A stretch of DNA of 64,000 bases, from assembly GCA_963708605.1 (NCBI GenBank), contig CAVPTG010000007.1:193988-257987 (forward strand), in the 5' to 3' direction. Below are positions 36,604 to 46,006 of the stretch, piece after piece. The position numbers and the translations under genes were made by a program. The notes below the pieces were generated by a model. The model was not told where the DNA came from and did not search any database. It saw only the letters and a program-made list of their open reading frames with translations. Every line of letters starts with the position of its first letter. Within the stretch, counting starts at the first letter, position 1. The stretch is from Candidatus Dormiibacterota bacterium. Its GTDB lineage: Bacteria; Chloroflexota; Dormibacteria; Aeolococcales; Aeolococcaceae.

Positions 36604-37275
36604 ATGAACGCCGGCGGAGAGCCGATGGTCGCTATCGGAAGGGATGATTGCCGCATGGAAATCGAGCCACCGCTCGCAATACAGCTGAGCCACACGGCAC
36701 ACCAGCGGCTACTGGCCACCGTGGCGGCCATCGACGACGCGACCGTGAGACGGCCGAGCCGTTTGCCGGGCTGGACGATCGGACATGTCCTCACGCACAT
36801 CGCGCGCAATGCCGACGGGCACACGCGCCGCCTCGAAGGCGCGCTCAACGGGATTGAGGTTCCCCGATACCCAGGCGGACCGGCGGAGCGTGATCGCGAC
36901 ATTGAGGCCGGCGCAGCGCGAACCGCGCGCCAGCTCTATGAGGACATCGATGAGTCAGCGAAGCATCTCGAAGCCGCCTGGGAACGATCTGCCGCCGCCG
37001 GCTGGCCGAACGCCCAGCTCCTGGCGACCGACAGGTTCCCGACCACCGGGAGCCCAGTTCGCCGGCTTCGTGAGGTGGAGGTCCACCACGTCGACCTCGG
37101 TCTTGAATATGAGGTGACCGACTGGCCGAAGGAATACGTCGAGTGGGAGCTTCCCCGCGCTCTGGAGCGCCTACCCAAGCGACTGGCGAATGACAAGGAC
37201 GCAAATCGTCTGCTCGGCTGGCTCACGGGGCGGTCGCCGAACCTCGACGGCCTCGAACTTCCGCCCTGGATGTAG
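36604..37275 (+). CDS. DinB-fold, maleylpyruvate isomerase-family (mycothiol-dependent type) protein
   Basis: 'PSRLPGWTIGHVLTHIARNADGHTRRLEGA', 'ERDRDIEAGA' and 'EVEVHHVDLG' are typical of the TIGR03083-like family. Start is uncertain (ATG 36604, 36625 or 36655). Confidence 0.75.
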   Translation: MNAGGEPMVAIGRDDCRMEIEPPLAIQLSHTAHQRLLATVAAIDDATVRRPSRLPGWTIGHVLTHIARNADGHTRRLEGALNGIEVPRYPGGPAERDRDIEAGAARTARQLYEDIDESAKHLEAAWERSAAAGWPNAQLLATDRFPTTGSPVRRLREVEVHHVDLGLEYEVTDWPKEYVEWELPRALERLPKRLANDKDANRLLGWLTGRSPNLDGLELPPWM

Positions 37276-37297
37276 CGACGATGCCGGTCTGGAACGG

Positions 37298-37792
37298 CTA
37301 ACGAGCGCGGATCTGTCCGCTCTCGACGAGGAACTGATCGAGCTGGGTCACAACGAAACGGTGGTCGTCGACCTGCGGGAGTCCGGAGACCGCAACGGTG
37401 CCGATGCAGCCGCTCTTCTCGAGGATGATCGGGAACGCTCCTCCGTGAGCCGCGAAGGTACCGACATCAAGCCGCGAGTCGACGTCGAAGTCACGACCCT
37501 CGGCGCGGAACCGGCATCCGACGAAGTACGACGAATGCCCGTAGCGCTCGACCACCGCGGCCTTGCGCAGCAGCCATGAATCGTTGTCGGCCGACGAGCC
37601 AGGAAGTGCGGCGTGGAACAGGCATTGACCGTTGCGACGGATCGATATCGCGATGGGCAGCTGCGCGCGGAGCGCCTCGGCGCGCAGCCGGGACCCGAGA
37701 TCCCAGGCGGTGGTGTGGTCGAACGCCGAGAAGACCAGCCGCGCTTCCTCGGCAAGCAGGTCGGCAAGTTGTTGATCGTCGGCATCGGTCAC
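37298..37792 (-). CDS. UPF0303 / heme-degrading-domain (GlcG-like) protein
   Basis: GTG 37792 (inside track ORF 37298..38023) overlaps the upstream stop (GTGA). 'FDHTTAWDLGSRLRAEALRAQLPIAISIRRNGQCLFHAALPGSSADNDSWLLRKAAVVERYGHSS' and 'AAHGGAFPI'. Confidence 0.7.
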   Translation of the reverse strand: MTDADDQQLADLLAEEARLVFSAFDHTTAWDLGSRLRAEALRAQLPIAISIRRNGQCLFHAALPGSSADNDSWLLRKAAVVERYGHSSYFVGCRFRAEGRDFDVDSRLDVGTFAAHGGAFPIILEKSGCIGTVAVSGLPQVDDHRFVVTQLDQFLVESGQIRAR

Positions 37793-38862
37793 GGGCGGGG
37801 CACCGGAACCACCTCGCCGGTGGTGGCGCTGACCCTGGCAGCCTCGAGCGCCGTGGCGGTTGCGACCGCATCGCGAGCATCGACGGGTGGTGGGTTGAGG
37901 CCCCGGACGGCTCTGGCGAACGCGGGGTAGAACAGATCCCATCGACCGCGTTCTGTCGGATACGGCGCGGAGGTCGTGCCCGTGTACAGCGTGCCGTGAC
38001 GGTCGGGTGGCTCGACGCCCCATCGATCACCCATGGTCGCGGGTGTATGCCCAGCGAGGAGCAGATCCTCCTGGGTGTCCGCAGGGCCGAGCACGTAGGT
38101 TCCCTGCGTGCCGGTGACGCGATATCGGGGGCCCGGCGAGGATTGGCTCCAGCTTCCCATCAGATGCGACCGCGCGCCGTTGGCGTGGGTGACCGCGACG
38201 AAGACGTCGTCGTCAAGCCCCGAGTCCCGTAGGCGCCATTCCGCGTACACGGAGACCGCGGGCCCCAGGAGCACGAGCGCCTGGTCCATCAAGTGGCTCC
38301 CGAAGTCGCGGAGCGTGCCGCCACCCGAACGTCCCGGTCCGCGCTCGGGAGCCCAGCGTTCGAAGCGCGACTCCAACCGTGTCACGGAACCGAGTGCACC
38401 CTCGGCGACCACCTTCTGCACGGTTCGGAAATCCGAATCCCAGCGGCGGTTCTGATACGGGCTCAGGACAAGTCCGCGCTCGTCGGCGAGGTCGACGGTA
38501 TGGCGCGCGGCATGCGGATCCATCGCGAAGGGCTTGTCGCACACGACCGCGAGCCCAAGTTGCAGCGCCTCGTCGGTGACGCTGGAATGTGTCTCGGCCG
38601 GCGTCGAGACGGCGACGGCTTCCACCCCCGCATCGACGAGTTCGGCCAGCGATCCGAACGTTCGCGCGCCCGGCACCTCACGGGACACGAGTGCCTGACG
38701 TTCCGGCGAGGATGTCATGACCCCGATCAGGTCGCACTCGGGTGCGGCAACCAGCAGCGGGGTGTGAAAGTAACGGCCGCCAAACCCGTATCCCACCATG
38801 GCGAAGCGCACCGGGGTCATCGACGCGGTGTCGCCGCGAGCGGGCGCAGGGGCGCCACTCAT
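37789..38862 (-). CDS. Gfo/Idh/MocA-family oxidoreductase
   Basis: 357 aa with the Rossmann N-terminus 'VRFAMVGYGFGGRYFH', 'VAVSTPAETH' and 'VVCDKPFA'. Confidence 0.85.
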   Translation of the reverse strand: MSGAPAPARGDTASMTPVRFAMVGYGFGGRYFHTPLLVAAPECDLIGVMTSSPERQALVSREVPGARTFGSLAELVDAGVEAVAVSTPAETHSSVTDEALQLGLAVVCDKPFAMDPHAARHTVDLADERGLVLSPYQNRRWDSDFRTVQKVVAEGALGSVTRLESRFERWAPERGPGRSGGGTLRDFGSHLMDQALVLLGPAVSVYAEWRLRDSGLDDDVFVAVTHANGARSHLMGSWSQSSPGPRYRVTGTQGTYVLGPADTQEDLLLAGHTPATMGDRWGVEPPDRHGTLYTGTTSAPYPTERGRWDLFYPAFARAVRGLNPPPVDARDAVATATALEAARVSATTGEVVPVPRP

Positions 38863-39866
38863 CGCTCGCCCGGGTAGACGACGCCGACGGCGGCCCGAGC
38901 ACCGTCGAGAATTGCCAGGATGGCGACCGTATCGGCGTGCGGAATAAGCGGGCTCTCCAGGAGTCCCGCGCGGAGACAGCGCTCAACCTCCTCGATCTCG
39001 GGCTGGTAACCGCGACCGTTTCCAGCCAGCGGGTCGGCCGTGTGCACCTCACCCGCGTCGGTGTGAAGGATCATTCCCGTTGGACGGTACGCCTCGGGCA
39101 GGAACGAGATCCATCCCTTTGTGCCAAGGATGGCAGCTTCATTCGGCGCATGGATGAGCGCGGAGGTCCAGAGCTGTGCGCCGGGATGGTCGCCGTACAT
39201 CCACTGCATCGCGACCGTCTCATCGGAACCGGTCGGGGACAGCGTTCCGACGGTGTGGACCTCGTCTGGTGGTCCCAGGAAGAGAAACGCGAATGTGGCC
39301 GGATAGACCCCCAGGTCGAGGAGAGCGCCGCCCCCGTTGGCGAGCTCGTAGAGCCGGTTGTCGGGATCGAAGGCGCGGCCGAGCCCGAACTCGTTGCGCA
39401 CGCAGCGCACCTCGCCGATCGCTCCGTCGGCGATCAGCTGCTGCGCCTGACGGACCAGGGGATTGGTCCGGGTCCACATGGCTTCCATCGAGAAGACATC
39501 CGCCTCGATCGCGGCGGCGAAGACCTCACGCGCGTCTCGTGCATTGAGACAGACGGGCTTCTCGATGAGCACCGGTTTCCCCGCCGCAATTGCGAGGAGA
39601 GCGTGCTCCCGGTGGTATGGGTGCGTTGTCGTGACGTACACGACGTCGACGTCATCGTCGTCGACCAGTGCGCGGTAGTCGTCGTAGCTGCGCGCAGCGC
39701 CGTGCTTGGCGGCGAAGGTCGCGGCACGACCGGCATGGCGGGCGGCAACCGCCGTGACGACGTTGCCACCGGTCAGATTGATGTCGCCGCTGACGGTGTC
39801 GGCGATGCCGCCCGCTCCGAGGATGCCCCAGCGAATCGGACGGCCGCCGGCAATGGGTGTTGGCAT
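38859..39866 (-). CDS. Gfo/Idh/MocA-family oxidoreductase
   Basis: 335 aa with 'IRWGILGAGGIA', 'VVYVTTTHPYHREHALLAIAAGKPVLIEKP'. ATG follows GAGGAA, and the stop overlaps the next gene's start. Confidence 0.85.
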   Translation of the reverse strand: MPTPIAGGRPIRWGILGAGGIADTVSGDINLTGGNVVTAVAARHAGRAATFAAKHGAARSYDDYRALVDDDDVDVVYVTTTHPYHREHALLAIAAGKPVLIEKPVCLNARDAREVFAAAIEADVFSMEAMWTRTNPLVRQAQQLIADGAIGEVRCVRNEFGLGRAFDPDNRLYELANGGGALLDLGVYPATFAFLFLGPPDEVHTVGTLSPTGSDETVAMQWMYGDHPGAQLWTSALIHAPNEAAILGTKGWISFLPEAYRPTGMILHTDAGEVHTADPLAGNGRGYQPEIEEVERCLRAGLLESPLIPHADTVAILAILDGARAAVGVVYPGER

Positions 39867-39883
39867 GGTGTCTCGTTCCTCTG

Positions 39884-41600
39884 TCAGTGGGATTCGCGTG
39901 AGATGCTGTTGCCTGAGGACCCGACCAGGAAGTCGAGGTCCGCGCCGGTGTTGGCCTGCTGGACGGTCTCAACATAAAGTCGCTCCCAGCCGCGCCGGGG
40001 TTTCGCGTACGCGCTGACGGTCGCCTTGTCGGGTGTTCGTGCGGCCAGCTCGTCCGCGGGAATGTCGATATCGAGTTCGCCGCGCGGCGACGTCGAGGAT
40101 CACGAAGTCGCCGGTTCGCACCAGGGCGAGCGGGCCGCCGGCTGCGGCCTCGGGCGAAACGTGGAGCACCACCGTGCCATACGCGGTTCCACTCATTCGG
40201 CCGTCACAGATGCGAACCATATCGCGCACGCCCTGGCGCAGGAGTTTCGCAGGCAACGGCATGTTGGCAACCTCCGGCATGCCGGGATATCCCCTGGGAC
40301 CGCATCCGCGCATCACCAGGACGGAGTCGGCATCGACGTCCAGCTCGGGGTCGTCAATGCGCGCATGCATGTCCTCGATCGAGTCGAAGACGACAGCGCG
40401 GCCGCGATGGCGGAGGAGGTGCGGTGATGCTGCCGCCGGCTTGATCACCGCCCCGTCGGGTGCGAGATTCCCACGAAGCACCGCGATGCCGGCGTGGGGT
40501 TGCAGCGGCTCGGCTCGGGGTCGGATGACCTCCCGGTCCCAGATCTCACCATCGCCGAGATGGTCGACGAGCGGTCTGCCGGTGACTGTGATCGCGGTTG
40601 GATCGAGCAGGTCGCGCACCTCACGGAGCACGGCGTGAAGCCCACCGGCACGGAAGAAGTCCTCCATCAGGAAACGTCCCGCCGGTTGGAGGTCGACGAG
40701 CAGCGGCACCTCGGCACCGGTGGCATCGAAGTCGTCCTGCGTGAGGTCGACCCCGAGGCGTCCAGCGATCGCAAGCAGATGGACCACCGCGTTGGTCGAA
40801 CCGCCGATCGCGGCCAGGGCGACGATGGCGTTGAGGAACGACCCGCGGGTCAGAAGGCTCGACGGGGTCCGTTTGGCTGCGACCATCTCGACGGCGAGCC
40901 GACCTGTCTCGTGCGATCGCTCGAGCAGGCGGCTGTCGGCCGCCGGAGTGCCGGCCAGGCCCGGCAGGACCATGCCGACCGCCTCGGCGAGCAGGCCCAT
41001 GGTCGAGGCGGTGCCCATGGTGTTGCAGTGCCCGCGGCTGCGAATCATCGATGACTCGGACTGAAGAAACTCGGCTTCTGAGAGGGTGCCCGCCCGAACC
41101 TCCTCCGACAGCCGCCAGACATCGGTGCCGCAGCCGAGCGGCTGGCCGTGGAAGGTGCCGGTCAGCATCGGGCCGCCCGGGATGACCACCGCCGGCAGGT
41201 CGACCGAGGCCGCAGCCATCAGCAACGCGGGGATGGTCTTGTCGCATCCGCCGAGCAGGACCACACCGTCGATCGGATTGGCGCGGAGCATCTCCTCGAT
41301 GGCCATCGCGGCCATGTTTCGCCAGAGCATCGCCGTGGGACGCACCAGGGTCTCTCCGAGCGAGACCACCGGCAGGTTCAAGGGGATGCCGCCGGCCTCA
41401 TACACGCCCTGCTTGACGCTCTCGGCAACCTCGTTCAGATGGGCATTGCAGGGGGTCAGGTCCGAGGCCGTGTTGGCGATGGCGATGTGCGGCCGGCCGT
41501 CGAAGGCGTGCGCGGGGAGGCCGCGGCGCATCCACGCTCGATGGATGTAGGCGTTGCGGTCAGTCCCCGAGTACCACTGACCGCTGCGATGCTCCGCCAC
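39884..41600 (-). pseudogene. IlvD/Edd-family sugar-acid dehydratase, interrupted by a +1 frameshift near 40079
   Basis: GTG 41600. 'AIANTASDLTPCNAHL', 'LLGGCDKTIPA', 'CNTMGTASTM' and 'GGSTNAV'. After '...RTGDFVILDVAAR' the family-typical end 'ELDIDIPADELAARTPDK...RGWERLYVETVQQANTGADLDFL...SH*' is in the next frame, with its stop at 39886-39884. Total 1717 nt = 3n+1. Confidence 0.85.
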
Positions 41601-41719
41601 ACTTGACCACCTTTCGACCTATCGGGAACCTGGAACGAGGTCATATATTGTCGAGCGCTGATGCCATCGCGTCGCGTCGACCGACGCACACGGGTCATGG
41701 CGTGAAACGGTTCCGCGCC

Positions 41720-42609
41720 ATGCCGGCCACCGACGAGCGCTACGTGCTGGCCGAAGGTCCCTACTGGGACGGCGATCGCGACCATGTGCTCTGGGTCGAC
41801 ATCGCCGCGGGCGAGGTGCACACCGGCAGGCTCGCAGCGTCGCGCGTGATCCCAGAGGCGGTGCTGACCTTCCCGGAGACCGTCGGGGCCGTGGTGAGCT
41901 CTCAGGGTGGCGGGCTTCTGGTGGCCGGCGCTCGCCGGCTGCACATCGTCTCGGCACATGGTGACGTCACGCCCGGCGCCGAGGTCATCGGCGTTGACAC
42001 CGCGAGCCGTCTGAACGACGGCGGCTGCGATCCGGCAGGCCGCTTCCTGGTTGGAAGCCTCGCGCTCGACGACCGTGTCCGGAGCGAGATCCTCGTTCGT
42101 GTCGAACCTGATGGCGGCATCCTCGTGATCGACGATGACCTCGGCCTGTCCAACGGTCTGGCGTTCACGCCAGACGGTGGCGCCCTGTACAGCGTCGACA
42201 CCCTGTCGAGGACCGTGTGGATTCGCGACTACGACGCGCAGACGGGCGGAATCGGCCGCCGCCGCGAATTCCTGCACATCGACGGGCAGCCCCGACGGCC
42301 TGTGCGTGGACGAGGAGGGCAACGTCTGGGTCGCCATATGGGGGTCGGGGGAGGTGCGCTGCTACTCCGCTGCAGGAGAGCAGATCGCGGCCGTCGACGT
42401 TGCTGCGCCGAACACCACGAGCGTCGCCTTCGTGGGAGCCGCCCTCGACACGCTCCTGATCACGACCGCGTCAGAGCAACTCTCGGAAGCGCAGCTGGCC
42501 CGGTATCCCGAACTCCGGACGGTTGTTCACCGCCGACGTCGGTGTTCGCGGCCACCCTGTCCCGCGGTGGGCGGGTACGCCGGACCCGGCGAGGACCCGG
42601 CACCCGTGA
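41720..42609 (+). pseudogene. SMP-30/gluconolactonase/LRE-family lactonase, interrupted by two +1 frameshifts (42284-42286 and ~42513)
   Basis: 'YVLAEGPYWDGDRDHVLWVDI..' through '..EFLHID' is in track ORF 41603..43036. 'GSPDGLCVDEEGNVWVAIWGSGEVRCY..LITTA..YPE' is in track ORF 42135..43658. The end 'SGRLFTADVGVRGHPVPRWAG..*' is in the third frame (TGA 42607-42609). Total 890 nt = 3n+2. Confidence 0.8.
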
Positions 42610-43658
42610 GGGCTTTCGTCGTCAACGCGCCCGGCGAAGGCGCTGTCGAAGACGTCCCCGATGCCGTCGCGGCGCCGGGTCAGGTCGTCGTCGACATCCA
42701 CCGCGTCGGGGTCTGCGGCACCGACGTCGAGTTCTGGACGGGCGAGATGGCGTACCTCCACCAGGGCCACGCCGCCTACCCGCTGCGGCTCGGGCACGAG
42801 TGGTCGGGTCTGGTCTCGGCGCTCGGAGTTGGCGTCGATCCAGCATGGCTGGGACGCCGCGTCACGGGCGATACCATGCTCGGCTGCGGGCATTGCCGGC
42901 GCTGTCTGTCGGGACATCACAACGTCTGCGAGGGCCGCGTCGAGATCGGCATCCGCGGGGGTTTCCCGGGCGCCCTCGCGGAGCGATTGGCGGTTCCGGC
43001 GTCCGCACTGATCGAGCTGCCCGGCGACGTCGATGACACCGCGGGCGCGATGGTCGAACCCGGCGGCAATGCGCTGCGCTCGGTTCGCGCGGCGAGCATC
43101 GCACCAGACGATTGCGTCCTCGTCCTCGGCACCGGGACGATGGGACTCCTGGCCGCCGAGTTCGCGAGGGCCTGTGGCGCCGAGGTCCATCTCATGGGTC
43201 GCTCGCCAGGGAGCATCGAGTTCGCCCGAGGGCTCGCTTTCGCGGGTGTCTGGCGGCGCGCTGACTTGCCACAACGTGCGTGGGATGCAGTCATCGACGC
43301 ATCGGATGCCGTCGAGCTCCCCGCGCTGGCCCTCGACCTTGTCGAACCCGGCAAGCGCGTCGTCTACCTGGGTCTGGCCGGCACCCCGAGCCTCATCGAC
43401 ACTCGTACGGTGGCGCTCAAGGACGTGACCGCGGTGGGAATCCTCGCCGCGTCCCAGGGCCTCGCCGGAACCGTCGAGCTGTATGCCGCCGGGTCGGTGG
43501 ACCCCCGGCCACTCGTTGCCGCGACCGTCGGGCTCGACCGGGTCGGCGACGTGCTGTCGGGATGGCGGCCCGAGACCGCCACAGCGGGACCCAAGATTCA
43601 TGTCGACCCGCGACCGTCCATCGAACCGGCGGAACCTGAAGGGAAAGACACGGTATGA
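42606..43658 (+). CDS. zinc-dependent alcohol/sugar dehydrogenase (MDR family)
   Basis: GTG 42606 (in frame in track ORF 42135..43658) overlaps the restored lactonase stop. 'VGVCGTDVEFW', 'LGHEWSG', the structural-Zn 'CGHCRRCLSGHHNVC' and 'VLGTGTMGLLA'. Confidence 0.85.
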   Translation: MRAFVVNAPGEGAVEDVPDAVAAPGQVVVDIHRVGVCGTDVEFWTGEMAYLHQGHAAYPLRLGHEWSGLVSALGVGVDPAWLGRRVTGDTMLGCGHCRRCLSGHHNVCEGRVEIGIRGGFPGALAERLAVPASALIELPGDVDDTAGAMVEPGGNALRSVRAASIAPDDCVLVLGTGTMGLLAAEFARACGAEVHLMGRSPGSIEFARGLAFAGVWRRADLPQRAWDAVIDASDAVELPALALDLVEPGKRVVYLGLAGTPSLIDTRTVALKDVTAVGILAASQGLAGTVELYAAGSVDPRPLVAATVGLDRVGDVLSGWRPETATAGPKIHVDPRPSIEPAEPEGKDTV

Positions 43659-43668
43659 GTGCGGCAGG

Positions 43669-44424
43669 ATGGGCGACATGAACGACTTCGACGGACTGGT
43701 CGCGGTGGTCACCGGTGGCGCGAGCGGCATCGGCGCCGCCACCGCCGCTCAGTTGCGCGACCGCGGCGCGCGTGTGGCGGTGCTCGATCGTGCGTACACA
43801 ACAGTGAATCGCGCGGCGCTCCTCGAGGTCCCATGCGACGTCGCCGATGCGACGTCGGCGCGAGCCGCCGTTGACGTCGTCGCCGATTCGCTCGGATCCA
43901 TCGACATCCTGATCAACAACGCGGGTATCGGGGCGACTGGGGATGTCACGCAGAACGACGACGACGAGTGGCTTCGCGTCCTGAGCGTCAACGTCATCGG
44001 CATCGCCCGTCTCACACGCGCCGCGCTGCCGCTCCTGCTCACGTCCGGACACGCGGCGATCGTCAACACGTGCTCGGTGCTTGCCGACGTCGGGGTGCCG
44101 CAGCGCGCGCTCTACTCGGCGAGCAAGGGCGCGGTGCGGTCATTGACGCTGGCGATGGCGGCCGACTTCGTCAAGCAGGGGATCAGGGTGAATGCGGTGA
44201 CGCCCGGGACCGCCGACACGCCATGGGTGCAACGCCTCCTCGAGCAGGCGCCGGATGCTCAGGCGGCGGCGTCAGCTCTGCGTTCGCGCCAGCCCATGGG
44301 ACGCCTCGTCACCGCCGCCGAGGTTGCCCATGCGATCGTCTATCTGGCGAGCCCGCTCTGCGGTTCGACGACCGGCACCATCCTCGGGGTCGATGGAGGA
44401 ATGGGCGGCCTGCGGCTCGGTTAG
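43669..44424 (+). CDS. short-chain dehydrogenase/reductase (SDR)
   Basis: ATG 43669 (or 43678) inside track ORF 43483..44424. 'VAVVTGGASGIGAA', 'NNAGI' and 'YSASKGAV'. Confidence 0.9.
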   Translation: MGDMNDFDGLVAVVTGGASGIGAATAAQLRDRGARVAVLDRAYTTVNRAALLEVPCDVADATSARAAVDVVADSLGSIDILINNAGIGATGDVTQNDDDEWLRVLSVNVIGIARLTRAALPLLLTSGHAAIVNTCSVLADVGVPQRALYSASKGAVRSLTLAMAADFVKQGIRVNAVTPGTADTPWVQRLLEQAPDAQAAASALRSRQPMGRLVTAAEVAHAIVYLASPLCGSTTGTILGVDGGMGGLRLG

Positions 44425-44470
44425 CGGCGCGCGTCCCGCCATCGACCCGCGATGACCCGTCCCGATGCCA

Positions 44471-45961
44471 TCAGAGCCCCATGCGATGCGTCCAGGAGCC
44501 GGCGATCATCGTCGCCGCGACCGGCATGTTTCGGAGCGCTCGCGGGTCAGTCGTGAAGGGATCACCGTCCAGGATGACCAGGTCGGCGATATCACCGTCG
44601 CGCAGCGCGATGTTGCCTCGTCCCGGCGGCATCGACGCGGCGAGCGCCTCCGCGACGGTGATCTCCTGCTCCGGGTGCCAGCTTGGACGCTCATCACGCG
44701 TCCGGTGAACCGCCGCGGCGATCGCCATCCACGGGTCGAGCGGCGCCACCGGCGCGTCCGACCCGAAGCTGAGGGTCGCGCCTGCATCCAGCAGGGAGCG
44801 AAGGGGGAAGGCCCTCCGCGTCCGTCCCGGCCAGTGGTGGTCGGCGACGTCGCGATCATCCAGCGCGTGCTCGGGTTGGACGCTCGCGGTCACCCCGAGC
44901 TCCGCGAACCTCGCGATATCGGCATCGTCCACCAGCTGCGCATGCTCGACGCTCCCGCGCGCACCCGTCCGTGCGAAGGCCTGCAGCGCAAGCGCATTCG
45001 CGGCATCACCGATGGCGTGCACGGCGCAGTCGAAACCAGCATCCCTGGCGCGGATCATGAGGTGCGACAGCTCATCGACGGCGACCAGCAGCACGCCGCG
45101 CTGTTCCGTCGTGGCTGCCTCCGCCGCGTACGAGTCGTGGCAGTAGGCAGTGCGGGTGTTGAGCGAACCGTCGGTGACGACCTTGAGGGGCCCGACGCGG
45201 AGCAACCCGTCGCTTCCATCAACGTCGTCACCCGTGTGGAGCTGTTGCGCGATGGCGTCCGCAAGCCGCTCCGGCCAGACGGCGCTGGACACGCGGAGCG
45301 ATCGATTCCCACCGGCGATGCGCCGCCGCCACGAGTCAAGTGACCACGGCCGCTCCATGTCGACGATGCCCACGACGCCGCGTGCAGCGGCGGCACGCGA
45401 TGCCGCACGGCACCACGAGTCGGCGACGTCGTCGGGGACATGTCCGGCCTCGGCGATCACCTGCATCGCTGCTTCCTCGCGGAGCAGGCCGGTCGCATCA
45501 CCCGCGTGACCGAACCGACGCAGGGCAGCAGTGTTCAGCCACGCGCTGTGCAGGTCGCCGCTGATCAGCACCACGGGAGCGTCCGCGCACACCGCATCCA
45601 GCGCCTCGCGCTGTGGCGGGTCGGGCCACAGCGCGTCGCGAAACCCGTACCCGACCACGATCACCGGCGCTGCACCCGACATCTTGCCGCCGGCGACGTG
45701 CGCCGCAACCACGCGCACGGCGGCCGCCGCCGAGTCCGCAGACGAAAGATCGAGGCGCGTGCTGACCTGTGCCCATTGATCGAAATGCACATGCCGATCC
45801 CACAACCCGGGCAGCACGAACCTTCCGGCGAGATCGATGACCTCTGTGGCGTCGGTGGATGCTCCCTCGGCAACGAGAGAGACCCGACCGCCGGCGATCA
45901 CAAGGTCCTGCGTGGGCAGCCTCGGATCGAGGCGGGCGCGGTGGAGCACCACCTTGGTCAC
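44471..45961 (-). CDS. amidohydrolase-family (Amidohydro_3-like) metal hydrolase
   Basis: 496 aa, GTG start. 'LPGLWDRHVHFDQW', 'AVHAIGDAA' and 'LSFGSDAPVAPLDPW'. Confidence 0.8.
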   Translation of the reverse strand: MTKVVLHRARLDPRLPTQDLVIAGGRVSLVAEGASTDATEVIDLAGRFVLPGLWDRHVHFDQWAQVSTRLDLSSADSAAAAVRVVAAHVAGGKMSGAAPVIVVGYGFRDALWPDPPQREALDAVCADAPVVLISGDLHSAWLNTAALRRFGHAGDATGLLREEAAMQVIAEAGHVPDDVADSWCRAASRAAAARGVVGIVDMERPWSLDSWRRRIAGGNRSLRVSSAVWPERLADAIAQQLHTGDDVDGSDGLLRVGPLKVVTDGSLNTRTAYCHDSYAAEAATTEQRGVLLVAVDELSHLMIRARDAGFDCAVHAIGDAANALALQAFARTGARGSVEHAQLVDDADIARFAELGVTASVQPEHALDDRDVADHHWPGRTRRAFPLRSLLDAGATLSFGSDAPVAPLDPWMAIAAAVHRTRDERPSWHPEQEITVAEALAASMPPGRGNIALRDGDIADLVILDGDPFTTDPRALRNMPVAATMIAGSWTHRMGL

Positions 45962-46006
45962 ACCGAACCCTCCACGGCGCGTCGAGAGCGTGATCCACTG
46001 TGAGCC

